Shown piece after piece: positions 16,473 to 25,764 of a stretch of DNA of 64,000 nt (within the stretch, counting starts at the first letter, position 1; every line of letters begins with the position of its first letter). Both the position numbers and the translations under genes were made by a program. Where the stretch lies: positions 637-64,636 of the forward strand of contig JAKOSR010000090.1 of assembly GCA_029777225.1 (NCBI GenBank), given 5' to 3'. This DNA comes from Chloroflexota bacterium. GTDB taxonomy: Bacteria; Chloroflexota; Anaerolineae; Anaerolineales; Anaerolineaceae. The notes beneath the pieces are model-generated. The model did not search any database. It was given only the letters and a program-made list of their open reading frames with translations, and had not been told where the DNA came from.

Positions 16473-17574
16473 GGGTTGCCTGCTTTCGATTTTGAGCCTT
16501 GCCGCGTCTACGCATCACGTCGAGGACGCGCGGCAGGGTGTTGGTGTAGAAGCGATACAGCATAGGCCGGGTGGTGAAGTCCCACGCGCCAATATGCCTG
16601 GTTGTGGTGCCGTTGAAGCCTTCCTTGAATCGGAACACGCCCCACATTGAGTCGCTTTCATCGAAGACATCCGGCGCGCCCCACATATCATAGGTATGGC
16701 AACCAAGCCGTTTGGCCAGGCGCATACCCTCCCACTGCAACAGGTGATTGGGCATTAGCTCCCGCTGGGCATCGAGGGACATGCCAAACATGTAGCGGGC
16801 GACGCCGGCGAAATGAAACAACACGATGGCCGCGATAGGCGCGTTTTGAAATTCCGCAAATAAAAAGCTGGCCATGTGGGCTTCGAAAAACTCACGCCAA
16901 AGCGTGGTGTAGTAGGCTTCGTGGCGGATGACAAAGCCGTCCCGCACGGCGGTTGTGGCGTACATGCGATAAAGCAAGGGGAGGTCATCCAGGGTTCCTT
17001 CGCGGACACTGACGCCTTTGCGCTGGGCAAGGCGAATGTTATAGCGGGTTTTCTGTTTCATCGCGGCGAGGAGCGTATCCTCATCGCGCTGAATGTCAAT
17101 CAACACCGTGTTACGGAACTGTATTTGGTCGGTAGAAAACTGCCAGCCACGCCTTTGGAGCTCAGAGACCATCCGCGTCCCTTCAGGGGACTCAACGCAG
17201 GATTCCGTTCCAGGAACGCCAACCCCCAAAACGATATCCGGGTCCATCTTGAGCTGAATGGCTTTTTGTTGTTGCGTGTACTCCTGCAGGAAATCCAACA
17301 CCTGACTGACGAGGGCGGGGTTGGACCAATCCAGTGTGGGGCCTTTGGGGCAGTAGAGCACGCACAGCGGGAGGCCGGGTACCAGTTTGAATTCCCGGCG
17401 CAAAATCATGACCGCGGCCAATGGCTGCCCGGAGGCGCCTTTCCAGCCAAACAAGGAAGGTGACCAGCCATTTTGTTGTTTTGAGCGGGCCCATTCCCAG
17501 CTCTGCAGGATGTGGGCGCCGGGCAGCTGCTGGATGAGCGCGTCCCAATCGGCGGGGGGAATAAGGTCAGGCAT
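16465..17574 (-). CDS. FemAB-family peptidoglycan interpeptide-bridge peptidyltransferase (paralog 2)
   Basis: ILQSWEWARSKQQNGW, MKQKTRYNIRLAQRKG and HTYDMWGAP. I prefer the ATG at 17574, which overlaps the upstream stop by 8 nt; the track's N-terminal extension looks non-coding. Confidence 0.85.
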   Translation of the reverse strand: MPDLIPPADWDALIQQLPGAHILQSWEWARSKQQNGWSPSLFGWKGASGQPLAAVMILRREFKLVPGLPLCVLYCPKGPTLDWSNPALVSQVLDFLQEYTQQQKAIQLKMDPDIVLGVGVPGTESCVESPEGTRMVSELQRRGWQFSTDQIQFRNTVLIDIQRDEDTLLAAMKQKTRYNIRLAQRKGVSVREGTLDDLPLLYRMYATTAVRDGFVIRHEAYYTTLWREFFEAHMASFLFAEFQNAPIAAIVLFHFAGVARYMFGMSLDAQRELMPNHLLQWEGMRLAKRLGCHTYDMWGAPDVFDESDSMWGVFRFKEGFNGTTTRHIGAWDFTTRPMLYRFYTNTLPRVLDVMRRRGKAQNRKQATHD

Positions 17575-18565
17575 GCATGCCCTCTTCGGTGCCGGCGCGG
17601 CTCTGACGCCACGCGTAGAGCTTATAAAGCAGGGGGTTGTAAACCTTGACGAAGGCCGGGGCGCAACGGGAAACCTGCCCTCCAAAGCCGCGTTTGAAGC
17701 GGTAGACACCCCATAGGCCATCAGACCGGCTGGTAAAGTTTTCTTCCAGCGTTTGTTCATCCGCGTCCGGGATGCCCCAAAGGTCATACTCCTTGGCGCC
17801 GTGGGCTTTGGACCAGCGCATGGCTTCCCACTGCAGAAGATACGTGGGCATCAGGTTGCGGCTGTTGTCATCGGAACACCCATAGAAATACCAGGCCCGT
17901 TGGCCGTGCAGGAATAGCATCAGGTAAGCCAGCGGTTGCTCACCCAGGCTGGCCTGCAAGAGGACGCACTCGCCTGTGGGCGCGAACAACGCATACGCGC
18001 GGGCGTAATACTCGTAGCTGTGCACCGCGAAGCCATCCCGGCTAGCGGTAGTCTGCATCATTTGGTAAAACCCCCCCAGGTCAGAGCTGGGGGCAACCTG
18101 CACGCCCTTTTTCTCCGCGAGCCGGGCGTTATAACGCGTCTTTTGCTTCATGCCGGCCAACAGGGCGGCTTCGTCCTGTGTGAGGTCGATGAGAATGGTG
18201 CGGCGCGGCTGGATGGTGCGTTCCTGGCGCGTAAAGCCTGGCAGCCACCGGCTGGCAAGGTCAGGGTCATAAGGCTCCATCCAGTCGGGTTCGACCTGGA
18301 GGAAAACGGCCTTTCGTCGGCGACATTCCTGGTCCACCAGTGGCCAAAGTGTCTGCCAGTCCGTTCCCACAGGGCCTTTTGGAATGTACGCGATGGAGAA
18401 GCCCAGGGGCAGATGGCGAAAAAGAACCTGCGCCTGGCAGCTCTCACTGGATGCCTGCCAGGGCTGCCAGCCAAATTGGCGCTTGACATCGCCCCATGCT
18501 TTTGTCTGTAAGAGATGTTCGGATGTGGGGGTGCTGTCTGTGGTTGCCTGATTGAACGTATCCAT
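17567..18565 (-). CDS. FemAB-family peptidoglycan interpeptide-bridge peptidyltransferase (paralog 1)
   Basis: LLQTKAWGDVKRQFGW, MKQKTRYNARLAEKKG and KEYDLWGIP. The architecture parallels the downstream paralog. Confidence 0.85.
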   Translation of the reverse strand: MDTFNQATTDSTPTSEHLLQTKAWGDVKRQFGWQPWQASSESCQAQVLFRHLPLGFSIAYIPKGPVGTDWQTLWPLVDQECRRRKAVFLQVEPDWMEPYDPDLASRWLPGFTRQERTIQPRRTILIDLTQDEAALLAGMKQKTRYNARLAEKKGVQVAPSSDLGGFYQMMQTTASRDGFAVHSYEYYARAYALFAPTGECVLLQASLGEQPLAYLMLFLHGQRAWYFYGCSDDNSRNLMPTYLLQWEAMRWSKAHGAKEYDLWGIPDADEQTLEENFTSRSDGLWGVYRFKRGFGGQVSRCAPAFVKVYNPLLYKLYAWRQSRAGTEEGMHA

Positions 18566-18571
18566 GCCGCT

Positions 18572-19990
18572 TTATCTGCCCTTGAAGCCCAGCACGGAGC
18601 CAAAAGTGCGCAGGAGAATGGTGACATCCATGGCCAGGCTGGCATGTTCGATATAGTACAGGTCGTACTCCAGCTTCACGGCAGTCTCTTCCACGGTTTC
18701 AGCGTAATTCTGATGAATCTGGGCCCACCCTGTGATGCCGGGCTTGACCAAAAGACGCGCGCGGTAAAACGGCACACGGCTTTGGAAAAGCGTGACCAGT
18801 TCGCTGCGTTCTGACCGCGGGCCGACGAGGGTCATTTCTCCGCGCAGGACATTGATGATTTGGGGCAGTTCATCCAGGTGGGATTTCCGTAACAGTTTCC
18901 CAGTTTTTGTAATACGCGGATCGTTATGGGCTGTGACCAGGGCCTCCCGGACCATGTCTTCATTGTTGCGCATGGTGCGGAATTTCAGGATTTGGTAAGG
19001 CTTGCCACCCCGACCCAGGCGTTCCTGCTGGTAAATTATCGGCTTTCCGGTGTCTATCATGATTAATAATGTAAAAATAGGATACAAAATACCCAGGATG
19101 AGCAGCACCGGGATGGCAATAATCAAGTCCAAAAGGCGCTTAAACAGGCGGTAAAAACCACTGGAGGGAGCCCTGTCCAGGAAGGAACGTATGACCCAAT
19201 CTGACTCGAGCAAGTTAATTGGGACGCGCCCAGACAGGTTCTCGTAGTTTTCGACCATCGTTGAAAGGGTCAGACCTTTTTCCTGGGCGGTCAGTAAAGC
19301 TTGGAACATACCGTGATTCATCTCTCGCGAGATGGCTAGAATCAAGTCGGTGATATCCTGGTCCTGCACGACCTGGGCGATGTTGGTGTGATTGCCAAGG
19401 ATTGGGTAACCGTGGATGGTGTTGCCCAGCTTGGCGGGGTCGTCGTCGATGAGCCCTACCAGGGTGAGGGGTGGCGAGTCGTGCCTGGCAATCTCCTCCA
19501 CCAGCGCGGTGCCGGCATTACCGGCGCCCACAATCAGCACCCGCTTTTGGCGCATGCTGGCGCGGAAGAGCCGGATGTAGACCAGGCGCCACAAGAAGGT
19601 TAACACAGCCGCGCAGATGATGAAATAGGCCACACCCAGCCTTGGGAGAGAATTGATTGGGGAGGCAAAGTAGATGACCAGGTAAATGGCCGTCGCGATT
19701 AATATGGCCAGGCCGATGGCTTTTAGCGTGGTTTTTGTGTTCGCCGATTTCTGCTGGTCGTAACTATCAATGAGCAGGACAACCCAGATGACAGGCATCA
19801 GGTAAAACCAGGCTGGGGCCCGGCTCTTGAAAAATTCAACTGAGAAGTTGAGCCAGGCATCACCTGAAGCCCAGAGGTAGAGCGCCAGGAAGAGTGCCAC
19901 CACCGCGCAGCCAAAATCGCCCAGGATGAGCAGAATGCGCCGTTCAGAGTCTTCCAAACGCCACTTCTTATATGCTTGTTTTGCTTGCAT
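18572..19990 (-). CDS. Polyprenyl-phosphate glycosyl-1-phosphate transferase (WbaP/bacterial sugar transferase family)
   Basis: N-terminal TM bundle, a Rossmann-like VLIVGAGNAG, and the C-terminal sugar-transferase block KPYQILKFRTM...LDELPQIINVLRGEMTLVGPR. The ATG at 19990 has AGGAG upstream and overlaps the GT2 gene by 23 nt. Confidence 0.85.
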   Translation of the reverse strand: MQAKQAYKKWRLEDSERRILLILGDFGCAVVALFLALYLWASGDAWLNFSVEFFKSRAPAWFYLMPVIWVVLLIDSYDQQKSANTKTTLKAIGLAILIATAIYLVIYFASPINSLPRLGVAYFIICAAVLTFLWRLVYIRLFRASMRQKRVLIVGAGNAGTALVEEIARHDSPPLTLVGLIDDDPAKLGNTIHGYPILGNHTNIAQVVQDQDITDLILAISREMNHGMFQALLTAQEKGLTLSTMVENYENLSGRVPINLLESDWVIRSFLDRAPSSGFYRLFKRLLDLIIAIPVLLILGILYPIFTLLIMIDTGKPIIYQQERLGRGGKPYQILKFRTMRNNEDMVREALVTAHNDPRITKTGKLLRKSHLDELPQIINVLRGEMTLVGPRSERSELVTLFQSRVPFYRARLLVKPGITGWAQIHQNYAETVEETAVKLEYDLYYIEHASLAMDVTILLRTFGSVLGFKGR

Positions 19991-21005
19991 TCCGTTTCTC
20001 CTGCTTATCCTTTTTGGGGTTGATGGCCAGGCCGGCCAGGAAACCCGCGCCCCAGGCAAAGTGCATGGTGGCAATGGCGAGGGGAACGCCTGCCAGGTAA
20101 TCAAAATCGCGTTTTTTGAGAGCAATCTGCAACGCGACCCCAAGGATGATGGTCAAGTATATCCCTATCGTGGCCAGCAATAAAATGCGGGCGGGGTACC
20201 AAAAAAAGGCGGCAATCAGCAGCACCAATAACCCTACCACGAACATGGGTGGCAAGGCCTGCCTGGGCCGAAGGGTGGATGGGTAGCGCTTTAACATCTG
20301 GGATTTCCAAAAGCCGTAGCGCCAGTATTGCCTGGCAAGCTCCGAGAGGTTCTTGCGGGCGAAGTAGACGCAGCGGCATCCCGGATCGAGCCAAATCCTA
20401 CCCCCGCTTTGACGGATGCGCGTGTTGAATTCGTAATCCTCGTTGGCGAGCAGGCTCTCATCAAGGTAGCCAACCTGGTCAATCAGAGAACGTCTAAACG
20501 CGCCAAAGGGGACGGTATCCACGTACGCGGCTTTTGTGCCAAAGCGGTAGCGCGCGTCTCCAACGGCCAGGGGATGAGCCGCGGCGGCGGCAATCGAGCG
20601 CGCGATGAGGCTCTCGTTTTGAGGGGTGATATCCCAAACCCCGCCCACGTTCTCGCCCAAACCTTTTTCGAGGGCATCCACAAGGCGCTTGACGTAGGGC
20701 TGGCTGGGCAGGGAATGCGCGTCCATGCGTACGATGAACTCCCCACGGGAAGCTTTGATGGCAGTATTCACGCCCGCGGGAATGATTTGCAGAGGGTTAT
20801 CCACCAGCACGACCTCGAGTTCGGGATGGTCCCGCGTAAATTGGGCGATGGACCCCCGAGTCCCATCCGTGGAAAAGCCATCCGCGATGACCACTTCCAT
20901 CTGGTCGGTTGGGTAGGTTTGCGCGAGCAAAGCCTCCAAAACCTGGCGGATGGTTTTTTCTTCGTTACGACAGGGAATTACCACTGAGACGGTGGGTGTC
21001 ATCAT
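19968..21005 (-). CDS. Family 2 glycosyltransferase with a C-terminal TM region
   Basis: VSVVIPCRNEEKTI, ADGFSTDGT, RMDAHS and LANEDYEF motifs typical of GT-A/GT2 enzymes. Confidence 0.85.
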   Translation of the reverse strand: MMTPTVSVVIPCRNEEKTIRQVLEALLAQTYPTDQMEVVIADGFSTDGTRGSIAQFTRDHPELEVVLVDNPLQIIPAGVNTAIKASRGEFIVRMDAHSLPSQPYVKRLVDALEKGLGENVGGVWDITPQNESLIARSIAAAAAHPLAVGDARYRFGTKAAYVDTVPFGAFRRSLIDQVGYLDESLLANEDYEFNTRIRQSGGRIWLDPGCRCVYFARKNLSELARQYWRYGFWKSQMLKRYPSTLRPRQALPPMFVVGLLVLLIAAFFWYPARILLLATIGIYLTIILGVALQIALKKRDFDYLAGVPLAIATMHFAWGAGFLAGLAINPKKDKQEKRNASKTSI

Positions 21006-21039
21006 GGGGTCTGATGGTCTGCCTTTTTCAAATGCTGGG

Positions 21040-21453
21040 TCACGCGAGGGGTTGTCCTGGTATCACCGCGATGGCTTCCACCTCAACCAGGCCACCTTTG
21101 GGCAGCGCGGCCACCTGCACCGCGGAACGCGCGGGGAACTCCGCTGTGAAAAAACCGGCATACATTTTGTTGACCAGGGCGAAATCGTGGATGTCGCTGA
21201 GAAAAACTGTGGTCTTGACAACATTTTCAAGGCTGGTACCGGCCGCTTCCAGGACTGTTTTCAGGTTGGTCAGTGCCTGCCAGGCCTGGGCTTGCACGTC
21301 GCCTTCGACCAGGTTTCCGGTGGTTGGGTCAATCCCGAGCTGACCTGAAACAAAAACCAGCCCGTTGGCTTTCACCGCGATAGAATAAGGGCCAATCGCG
21401 GCCGGGGCCTTTTCGGAGGTAACAATACTTTTTGAAGTGTTGCCAGGGTTCAT
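21040..21453 (-). CDS. RidA/YjgF-family reactive-intermediate deaminase
   Basis: APAAIGPYSIAV, VFVSGQLGIDP, KTTVFL and ARSAVQVAALPKGGLVEVEAIA. Confidence 0.9.
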   Translation of the reverse strand: MNPGNTSKSIVTSEKAPAAIGPYSIAVKANGLVFVSGQLGIDPTTGNLVEGDVQAQAWQALTNLKTVLEAAGTSLENVVKTTVFLSDIHDFALVNKMYAGFFTAEFPARSAVQVAALPKGGLVEVEAIAVIPGQPLA

Positions 21454-21576
21454 GAGTTGACCTTTCCGTGTGGATTTTGGAACCTATTATAACATCTGGC
21501 CTTTTCGGGCCCGGGGACTATGACACCTGGGAACGAAAAGGGAGCGTGACGAGAGCGCGATGCGACCGGGCGGGGG

Positions 21577-21894
21577 TTAAGCCTGCCAATCGCCCACGCC
21601 TTTCCAACAATGGTCAAGGTGTTCGGCCATTACCGGGCCCATCTTGTTCTGGATGGTCATCCTGACGGCCATCATCAACGGCAACCCACCTATTTGGTAA
21701 ACGCGCCGGCCGATATCCTTGGCTTCCCGGTGGTGAAATTGGCCATCAAAAGGCCCGCCTGGTTGCAGCGACAGGAAATCGTCCGTTTTGCCAATTTTCA
21801 CCAATTTGTTGATCAGACCTTTGATTTCAGCTTTGCTCTGGGCATCGAGCGCGCGAATCTCGGGCTCGCCAATTAGTTTTGATATCAAACTCAT
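21577..21894 (-). CDS. Hypothetical small protein (105 aa)
   Basis: ATG preceded by GAGAGGAA. The composition is coding-like and I recognise no motif. Confidence 0.6.
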   Translation of the reverse strand: MSLISKLIGEPEIRALDAQSKAEIKGLINKLVKIGKTDDFLSLQPGGPFDGQFHHREAKDIGRRVYQIGGLPLMMAVRMTIQNKMGPVMAEHLDHCWKGVGDWQA

Positions 21895-22131
21895 GTCGGG
21901 TTCCTCTCTGCGATTACGTAAAATAATTATACGTGATGTCCACCCTAACCCGACCTGGAAGGTGGATATGTATTTTACTCACTCCCTGCCCGGGTGGGCA
22001 CCAAATAGTATCTTGATATGGAGTTTGTTATGCTATAATATGTTCGCGTTCTGAAAGCGGAGCTTTCTCAGCGCGTTTTGTTTTTGACCTGTCACGTCAT
22101 GGACAGGGATGATTGAAAAAAAGGAAATTCA

Positions 22132-22596
22132 ATGGCAAGTTCTTATCTTACACGTGAGGGATACGAAAAAGCGGAGAAGGAGCTCGAAACACTTCGCTTA
22201 CAAAAACGCAAAGAGGTCGCTGAGCGGCTTCAGGACGCCATGGAAGATGGTGAACTGATTGAAAACGCTGAGTACGAAGCGGCGAAGAATGAGCAGGCGT
22301 TCGTGGAAGGCCGCATCAAGGAACTGGAGTTGTTGCTCGCCAACGCGCATATCATCCAGGAAGAGGAAACGGAAAGCGACACGGTAACGGTGGGCAGCAC
22401 GGTGACCATCCGCGTGGAGGATGACGCACCGGAGACTTACAAGATTGTTGGCCCCGTGGAAGCCAACCCCCGCGAAAACCGAATCTCACACGAATCCCCG
22501 ATAGGCAAGGCCCTGTTGAATCACAAGACCGGCGATAAGGTCAAGGTGGTTGCCCCAGGCGGGGAATTCACGGTTGAGATTCTAAAGTGCGTTTAG
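22132..22596 (+). CDS. greA: Transcription elongation factor GreA
   Basis: LTREGYEKAEKELETL, AEYEAAKNEQAFVEGRIKELE, and the C-terminal ISHESPIGKALLNHKTGDKV. Confidence 0.9.
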   Translation: MASSYLTREGYEKAEKELETLRLQKRKEVAERLQDAMEDGELIENAEYEAAKNEQAFVEGRIKELELLLANAHIIQEEETESDTVTVGSTVTIRVEDDAPETYKIVGPVEANPRENRISHESPIGKALLNHKTGDKVKVVAPGGEFTVEILKCV

Positions 22597-22614
22597 ACCC
22601 CAACGGTTTATTTG

Positions 22615-22648
22615 CCCCACCTGGGAACTCCACGGTGGGGCGTCTTTT
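22615..22648 (+). terminator. Terminator hairpin after greA
   Basis: CCCCACC-12 nt loop-GGTGGGG followed by CGTCTTTT. Confidence 0.5.
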
Positions 22649-22665
22649 AATGTAAAGGAGTAACG

Positions 22666-24201
22666 ATGCTTGAGGATGATTTCTCTGAACTTGAGACTCT
22701 GAGGCTCGAAAAAATTAATCGGCTGCGCGAGCAAGGGATTGAACCTTACCCGACGACCACTTTTATCACCCACACCACAGCTGAAGCCGTGGCGGCATTT
22801 GAAGCGGTGGAGGCGGACGCGGATGCCGCACTAACGGCGGTGGTGCTGGCTGGCCGGCTGCGCGCCATCCGTAACATGGGGAAACTCAGTTTCGCGCATA
22901 TCGAGGACCGCTCGGGGAAGCTGCAACTGCTTTTGCGGGTCAATGAACTCGGGCAGGAGAAGCTGGACGCTTTTGTCAGCGATTTTGACCTGGGAGATTT
23001 CATTGAAGCTTCGGGCACCATGATGCGCACCAAGCGCGGCGAGGTTACCTTGCTGGTGGAAGACTTCCGCATGCTTGCCAAGGCGCTGCTGCAGTTGCCT
23101 GCGGACAAGGATGAGGTGGTCAACGGGGAGGTCATTAGGCATGCTGTGCTGACCGACCCTGAAACACGTTATCGCCAGCGTTACGTTGACCTGGCGGTCA
23201 ACCCGGAAGTACGCGAGATTTTCAGCAAACGCACCGCGACCATACGGGCTTTACGCGCGTTCCTGGATGAACGTGGTTTCCAGGAAGTGGAAACGCCCAT
23301 CCTGCAGCCCATCTACGGTGGTGCCGCGGCGCGACCCTTTACGACATTCCACAATGAACTGAACCAAGAGCTTTACCTGCGCATCAGCTTTGAACTGTAT
23401 CTCAAACGGCTGATTGTGGGCGGGCTGGAGCGCGTCTATGAAATTGGCCGGGACTTCCGCAACGAAGGAGTCTCCTTTAAGCATAACCCCGAGTTTACCC
23501 AGCTTGAGTTTTACATGGCTTACGCAGATTACCACACCATCATGGAAATGACCGAACAAATGATTTCCTTCGTCGCCCAGCAGGTCTTGGGGACGCAAAA
23601 AATCAACTTCAATGGCCATGAAATCGACCTGACCCCGCCCTGGAACCGTGTGCAAATCCGCCAGGGACTGATTGACCATGCCGGCATTGATATCAACGAT
23701 TATCCCAATGCCGTGGCGCTTTCCGAATGGCTCAAGGAACATCATATCGACCATAAGCCGGATGCCCCGCGTGGCAAATTGATTGGCGTCCTGATGGAGG
23801 AATTCCTTGAACCCATCCTGATCCAGCCGACCTTCCTTTATGACTACCCGCGGGATATCTCGCCCTTGGCCAAGAATGTGCCGGGTGACCCGCAAACTGT
23901 GGAACGTTTTGAAGGATTTATTGGGGGCGTGGAGCTCTGCAATGCCTTTACGGAACTCAATGACCCCATGGAACAGGAAAAGCGATTCACCGAAATGGGC
24001 CGCGCCTACGCTGAGAACGAAGAAGAACGGCATCCTATGGACGAGGATTTCCTCAAGGCTTTGGCCTATGGCATGCCTCCCACGGGCGGCTTTGGCATCG
24101 GGGTTGACAGGCTGGTGATGATGCTCACCGAACAGCGCTCACTTAAAGAGGTCATCCTGTTTCCACCCTTGCGTGATACAGAAAGTGGACCAAGCGCCTG
24201 A
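22666..24201 (+). CDS. lysS: Lysine--tRNA ligase (class II)
   Basis: OB-fold N-domain followed by class II motifs FRNEGVSFKHNPEFTQLEFY and GGFGIGVDRLVMML. AAGGAG RBS. Confidence 0.95.
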   Translation: MLEDDFSELETLRLEKINRLREQGIEPYPTTTFITHTTAEAVAAFEAVEADADAALTAVVLAGRLRAIRNMGKLSFAHIEDRSGKLQLLLRVNELGQEKLDAFVSDFDLGDFIEASGTMMRTKRGEVTLLVEDFRMLAKALLQLPADKDEVVNGEVIRHAVLTDPETRYRQRYVDLAVNPEVREIFSKRTATIRALRAFLDERGFQEVETPILQPIYGGAAARPFTTFHNELNQELYLRISFELYLKRLIVGGLERVYEIGRDFRNEGVSFKHNPEFTQLEFYMAYADYHTIMEMTEQMISFVAQQVLGTQKINFNGHEIDLTPPWNRVQIRQGLIDHAGIDINDYPNAVALSEWLKEHHIDHKPDAPRGKLIGVLMEEFLEPILIQPTFLYDYPRDISPLAKNVPGDPQTVERFEGFIGGVELCNAFTELNDPMEQEKRFTEMGRAYAENEEERHPMDEDFLKALAYGMPPTGGFGIGVDRLVMMLTEQRSLKEVILFPPLRDTESGPSA

Positions 24202-24263
24202 TAATCGTATAAAATAATAGCGGAGGGTGTGTTGCTTGGCGTGTAACTTGCAACATAAGGGCT

Positions 24264-24884
24264 ATGAACGAAGCAGATTTGATTGATCGAGCTGTTCAAG
24301 GCGATCTTGATGCTTTCAATGACCTTGTTCTCCTGTACCAGGATATTGCCTACAACACCGCCTATCGCATCATGGCTGATTCTTCCGCCGCGGCTGACGC
24401 GACGCAGGAAGCAGTTATTTCCATGTACCGCAAGCTGGATGGCTACCGGGGCGGGTCTTTCAAAAGCTGGTTTCTAAGAATTGTCACCAATGCTTGTTAC
24501 GACGAGCTGCGCCGTAACCGGCGCCGACCAACGGTACCCCTGGAACCTGAAACGGACGATGGGGAACTGATTGAATCCGCGGATTGGATGGAAGACAAAT
24601 CGGCCGGACCTGAAGAGACCCTCTCGCAAAAAGAGCTCGAGCTTGCCATCCAAAACTGCCTGAACGACCTGGAAGAAAAGTTCAGGGTTGTGATGGTGAT
24701 GGTGGACATCTCAGGTGAAAACTACGATGCTGTCGCTTCGGCCATTGGGCGCCCGATAGGAACGGTGAAGAGCCGGCTGGCGCGCGCCCGCCTTAAAATG
24801 CAGGACTGCCTGCAGGGGACAATGGAACTTTTGCCCGACAAATTCCGTCCTATGGGTGAGGAAAAAGATGATTTCGCAAGCTAG
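24264..24884 (+). CDS. ECF-type RNA polymerase sigma factor
   Basis: Sigma-70 region 2 (AYRIMADSSAAADATQEAVISMY, FKSWFLRIVTNACYD) and region 4 (AIGRPIGTVKSRLARAR). Confidence 0.9.
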   Translation: MNEADLIDRAVQGDLDAFNDLVLLYQDIAYNTAYRIMADSSAAADATQEAVISMYRKLDGYRGGSFKSWFLRIVTNACYDELRRNRRRPTVPLEPETDDGELIESADWMEDKSAGPEETLSQKELELAIQNCLNDLEEKFRVVMVMVDISGENYDAVASAIGRPIGTVKSRLARARLKMQDCLQGTMELLPDKFRPMGEEKDDFAS

Positions 24885-25695
24885 GATCTCCCCCAAGGAT
24901 ATGGAAGAGCTCTGTGCCTATATTGACAACGAGCTGACAGAACAGGAACGAAGCAGTTTTGAAGAGAAGCTGGCCCGCTCCGTGGTTCTGCAGAAGGCGT
25001 TAATTGACCAGCGCAAGCTCTGTGAAACCATCCGGGCAATACCGGCGCGAAAAGCGCCACGCAACTTTACGCTGACCACGCTTGAGGCACGGGAGGCACG
25101 TAAAGGTCGCTTTTTGTTACCCCTTTTCAGCTGGGCTTCGGTTTTGGCAGTTGCCCTTTTGGCTGTTTTGATGGTGAGCGAGTTCGCTTTCAAGAATTTC
25201 GCGGTTGCCACCGCGCCCATGGAAACCCAGGCACCCATGCTGGCAATGGGCGCGGAGAGTGACCTGGCTGCCGAACCCACCACGAACCCGCCACTGATCA
25301 CCTGGAGTTACCCTTATGTGGGCGGAGGCGCAGGCGGAAGTGGCCTGCCTAACACCGCGCAAGCCCAACCAATTCCCCCTTACTATGGCCTGGGTGGAGG
25401 GCCGGCAGCGGCAGGCAAGCAGGGCGTGGAGGAAGGCACCCCCACGGAAACGCCAACGGTAGGGGAAACCCCCGCGGTTCCCGTGGAAGCGACCCCCATC
25501 ATCTTTGGCATCCGGGAAGACGCGCTTGGCCAGGTTATTGAAACCTCGCATCCGGCTGAATTTGTACCGCTGACGCAGATTGCCGAAGCGGTCGCAGAGC
25601 CCCAGGGTTTGGTCTCACCAGCGGTCAAGCTGACCCTGGCGGGATTGGCCGTGGTGTTTGGGCTGGCCGCCCTGTTCCTGTATCGAAAAAGATAA
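24868..25695 (+). CDS. Putative membrane-spanning anti-sigma factor
   Basis: It overlaps the end of the sigma gene. The ATG at 24868 has GAGG 6 nt upstream. The N-terminal LCAYIDNELTEQERSSFEEKL resembles an anti-sigma N-domain but lacks the HxxxCxxC zinc motif. It has a central TM (LLPLFSWASVLAVALLAVLMV) and a C-terminal TM. Confidence 0.6.
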   Translation: MISQARISPKDMEELCAYIDNELTEQERSSFEEKLARSVVLQKALIDQRKLCETIRAIPARKAPRNFTLTTLEAREARKGRFLLPLFSWASVLAVALLAVLMVSEFAFKNFAVATAPMETQAPMLAMGAESDLAAEPTTNPPLITWSYPYVGGGAGGSGLPNTAQAQPIPPYYGLGGGPAAAGKQGVEEGTPTETPTVGETPAVPVEATPIIFGIREDALGQVIETSHPAEFVPLTQIAEAVAEPQGLVSPAVKLTLAGLAVVFGLAALFLYRKR

Positions 25696-25707
25696 ATTTA
25701 GAATGGT

Positions 25708-25750
25708 AAAAAACAACAAGCCGTCCCATGCGGGACGGCTTGTATTGTTC
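25708..25750. terminator. Bidirectional terminator between the anti-sigma gene and metK
   Basis: ACAAGCCGTCCC-ATGC-GGGACGGCTTGT forms a 12-bp perfect stem. An A-run lies upstream and ATTGTT downstream, between convergent genes. Confidence 0.6.
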
Positions 25751-25764
25751 ATTAGGGGCGAAGG

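Noticed and set aside
15567-16565. 332-aa + strand ORF
   Set aside because: It is antisense to the PLP D-Cys desulfhydrase-family gene, which has the GGNKTRKLEY motif.
22011-22039. Promoter for greA (perfect TATAAT at 22034-22039)
   Set aside because: The only TTGATA-like -35 (22013-22018) is 15 nt away, which is too short, and a 17-nt spacing gives TCTTGA. The evidence is too weak to list as a feature.
22597-22665. T-box or other leader upstream of lysS
   Set aside because: The gap is only 69 nt and is fully accounted for by the greA terminator hairpin and the lysS RBS. There is no room for a T-box.
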